In this document: positions 63,450 to 64,000 of the stretch, piece by piece | Layout: each line of letters starts with the position of its first letter | Position numbering within the stretch: position 1 is the stretch's first letter | NCBI RefSeq assembly: GCF_963921235.1 | Contig: NC_086107.1 | Coordinates: forward strand, 116,686,001-116,750,000 | Length of the DNA stretch: 64,000 bases | Reading direction: 5' to 3' | Origin: Mobula hypostoma | Taxonomy: Eukaryota | Made by a program: the position numbers and the translations under genes | Notes under the pieces: generated by a model | The model's input: the letters and a program-made list of their open reading frames with translations, nothing else | The model's database searches: none | What the model was told of the DNA's origin: nothing

Positions 63450-64000
63450 AGAGTGCTGCTGGGGAGACAAGGAGACGATGGGAGTGATGAAGTGGAGACG
63501 GAGACAGAAGATGACAGAGATGGTGAAACAAGGAAGAGACAGGACACGCGGGAAATGGGGTCAGGTGGGGATACGGGGGAGGGCAGGGAGATGAGGGGGA
63601 GACAGGAGTCGGGGTAAGAGGAGACAAGTAAAGACGAGAGATGGGATGTGACAGGGTGAGACAAGCAAGAGACAGGAGACAGATGGGTGAAGACAGTAGA
63701 TGGGGATGGGGGGTGATGAGGAAGAGACAGGGCACAGGATAAAGGGACAGACAGTGGGGAGACAGGAGATGGGGGGGAGTGGTACAGATTCACTGGTGGG
63801 AGGTGGGAGATGGGAAATGGGTGAAGGTGGGAGATTGGAGATGGGGAGACGGGAATTGGTGAGACAAGAGAGAGACAAAACACACCTTGAGAAAGGAGCA
63901 GGCAATCACGAGACATGGAGATGTTGCGGGGGTGTGGGCAAGGACAACACTGGGTGAAGGTGGAGAGATGGGAAATGGGGGTAAAGAGGGGAGATGGGAG
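63450..64000. repeat. GA-rich low-complexity tract
   Basis: Direct inspection. Confidence 0.8.

Overview
Vertebrate genomic DNA, repeat-dense and dominated by CR1 LINEs, with Rex1/Babar LINEs, a V-SINE and Penelope-derived hairpins. This repeat set suggests a cartilaginous fish, probably a batoid (inference). Host genes: (1) the last three coding exons of TLCD3B/FAM57B on + (1029-1245, 2060-2155, 24032-24334), with a ~21.9 kb transposon-filled last intron; (2) about 12 kb downstream, a spliced gene on + that the ORF track misses (exons 36439-36502, 37016-37111, 39216-39303, possible terminal exon from 44854). It encodes an 83-aa protein with a signal peptide, short ectodomain and one TM helix. 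Its WWDYGDNDR-x8-WIHESP motif aligns without gaps to the FFDYPDSD[RQ]-x8-FIGEKP motif I recall from mammalian FIMP/C16orf92, the sperm-egg fusion factor that neighbours TLCD3B in mammals. This is the top finding. Other content: a deleted Mag-type Gypsy element inside a 25/26-bp minisatellite, two hAT-like MITEs, a Tc1 relic, an old Gmr1-like LTR element split by nested insertions and a degenerate telomeric array, hammerhead-motif hairpin elements, and a 62-bp minisatellite apparently derived from CR1 ORF2. No searches were run; family names and reference motifs are from recognition and recall.
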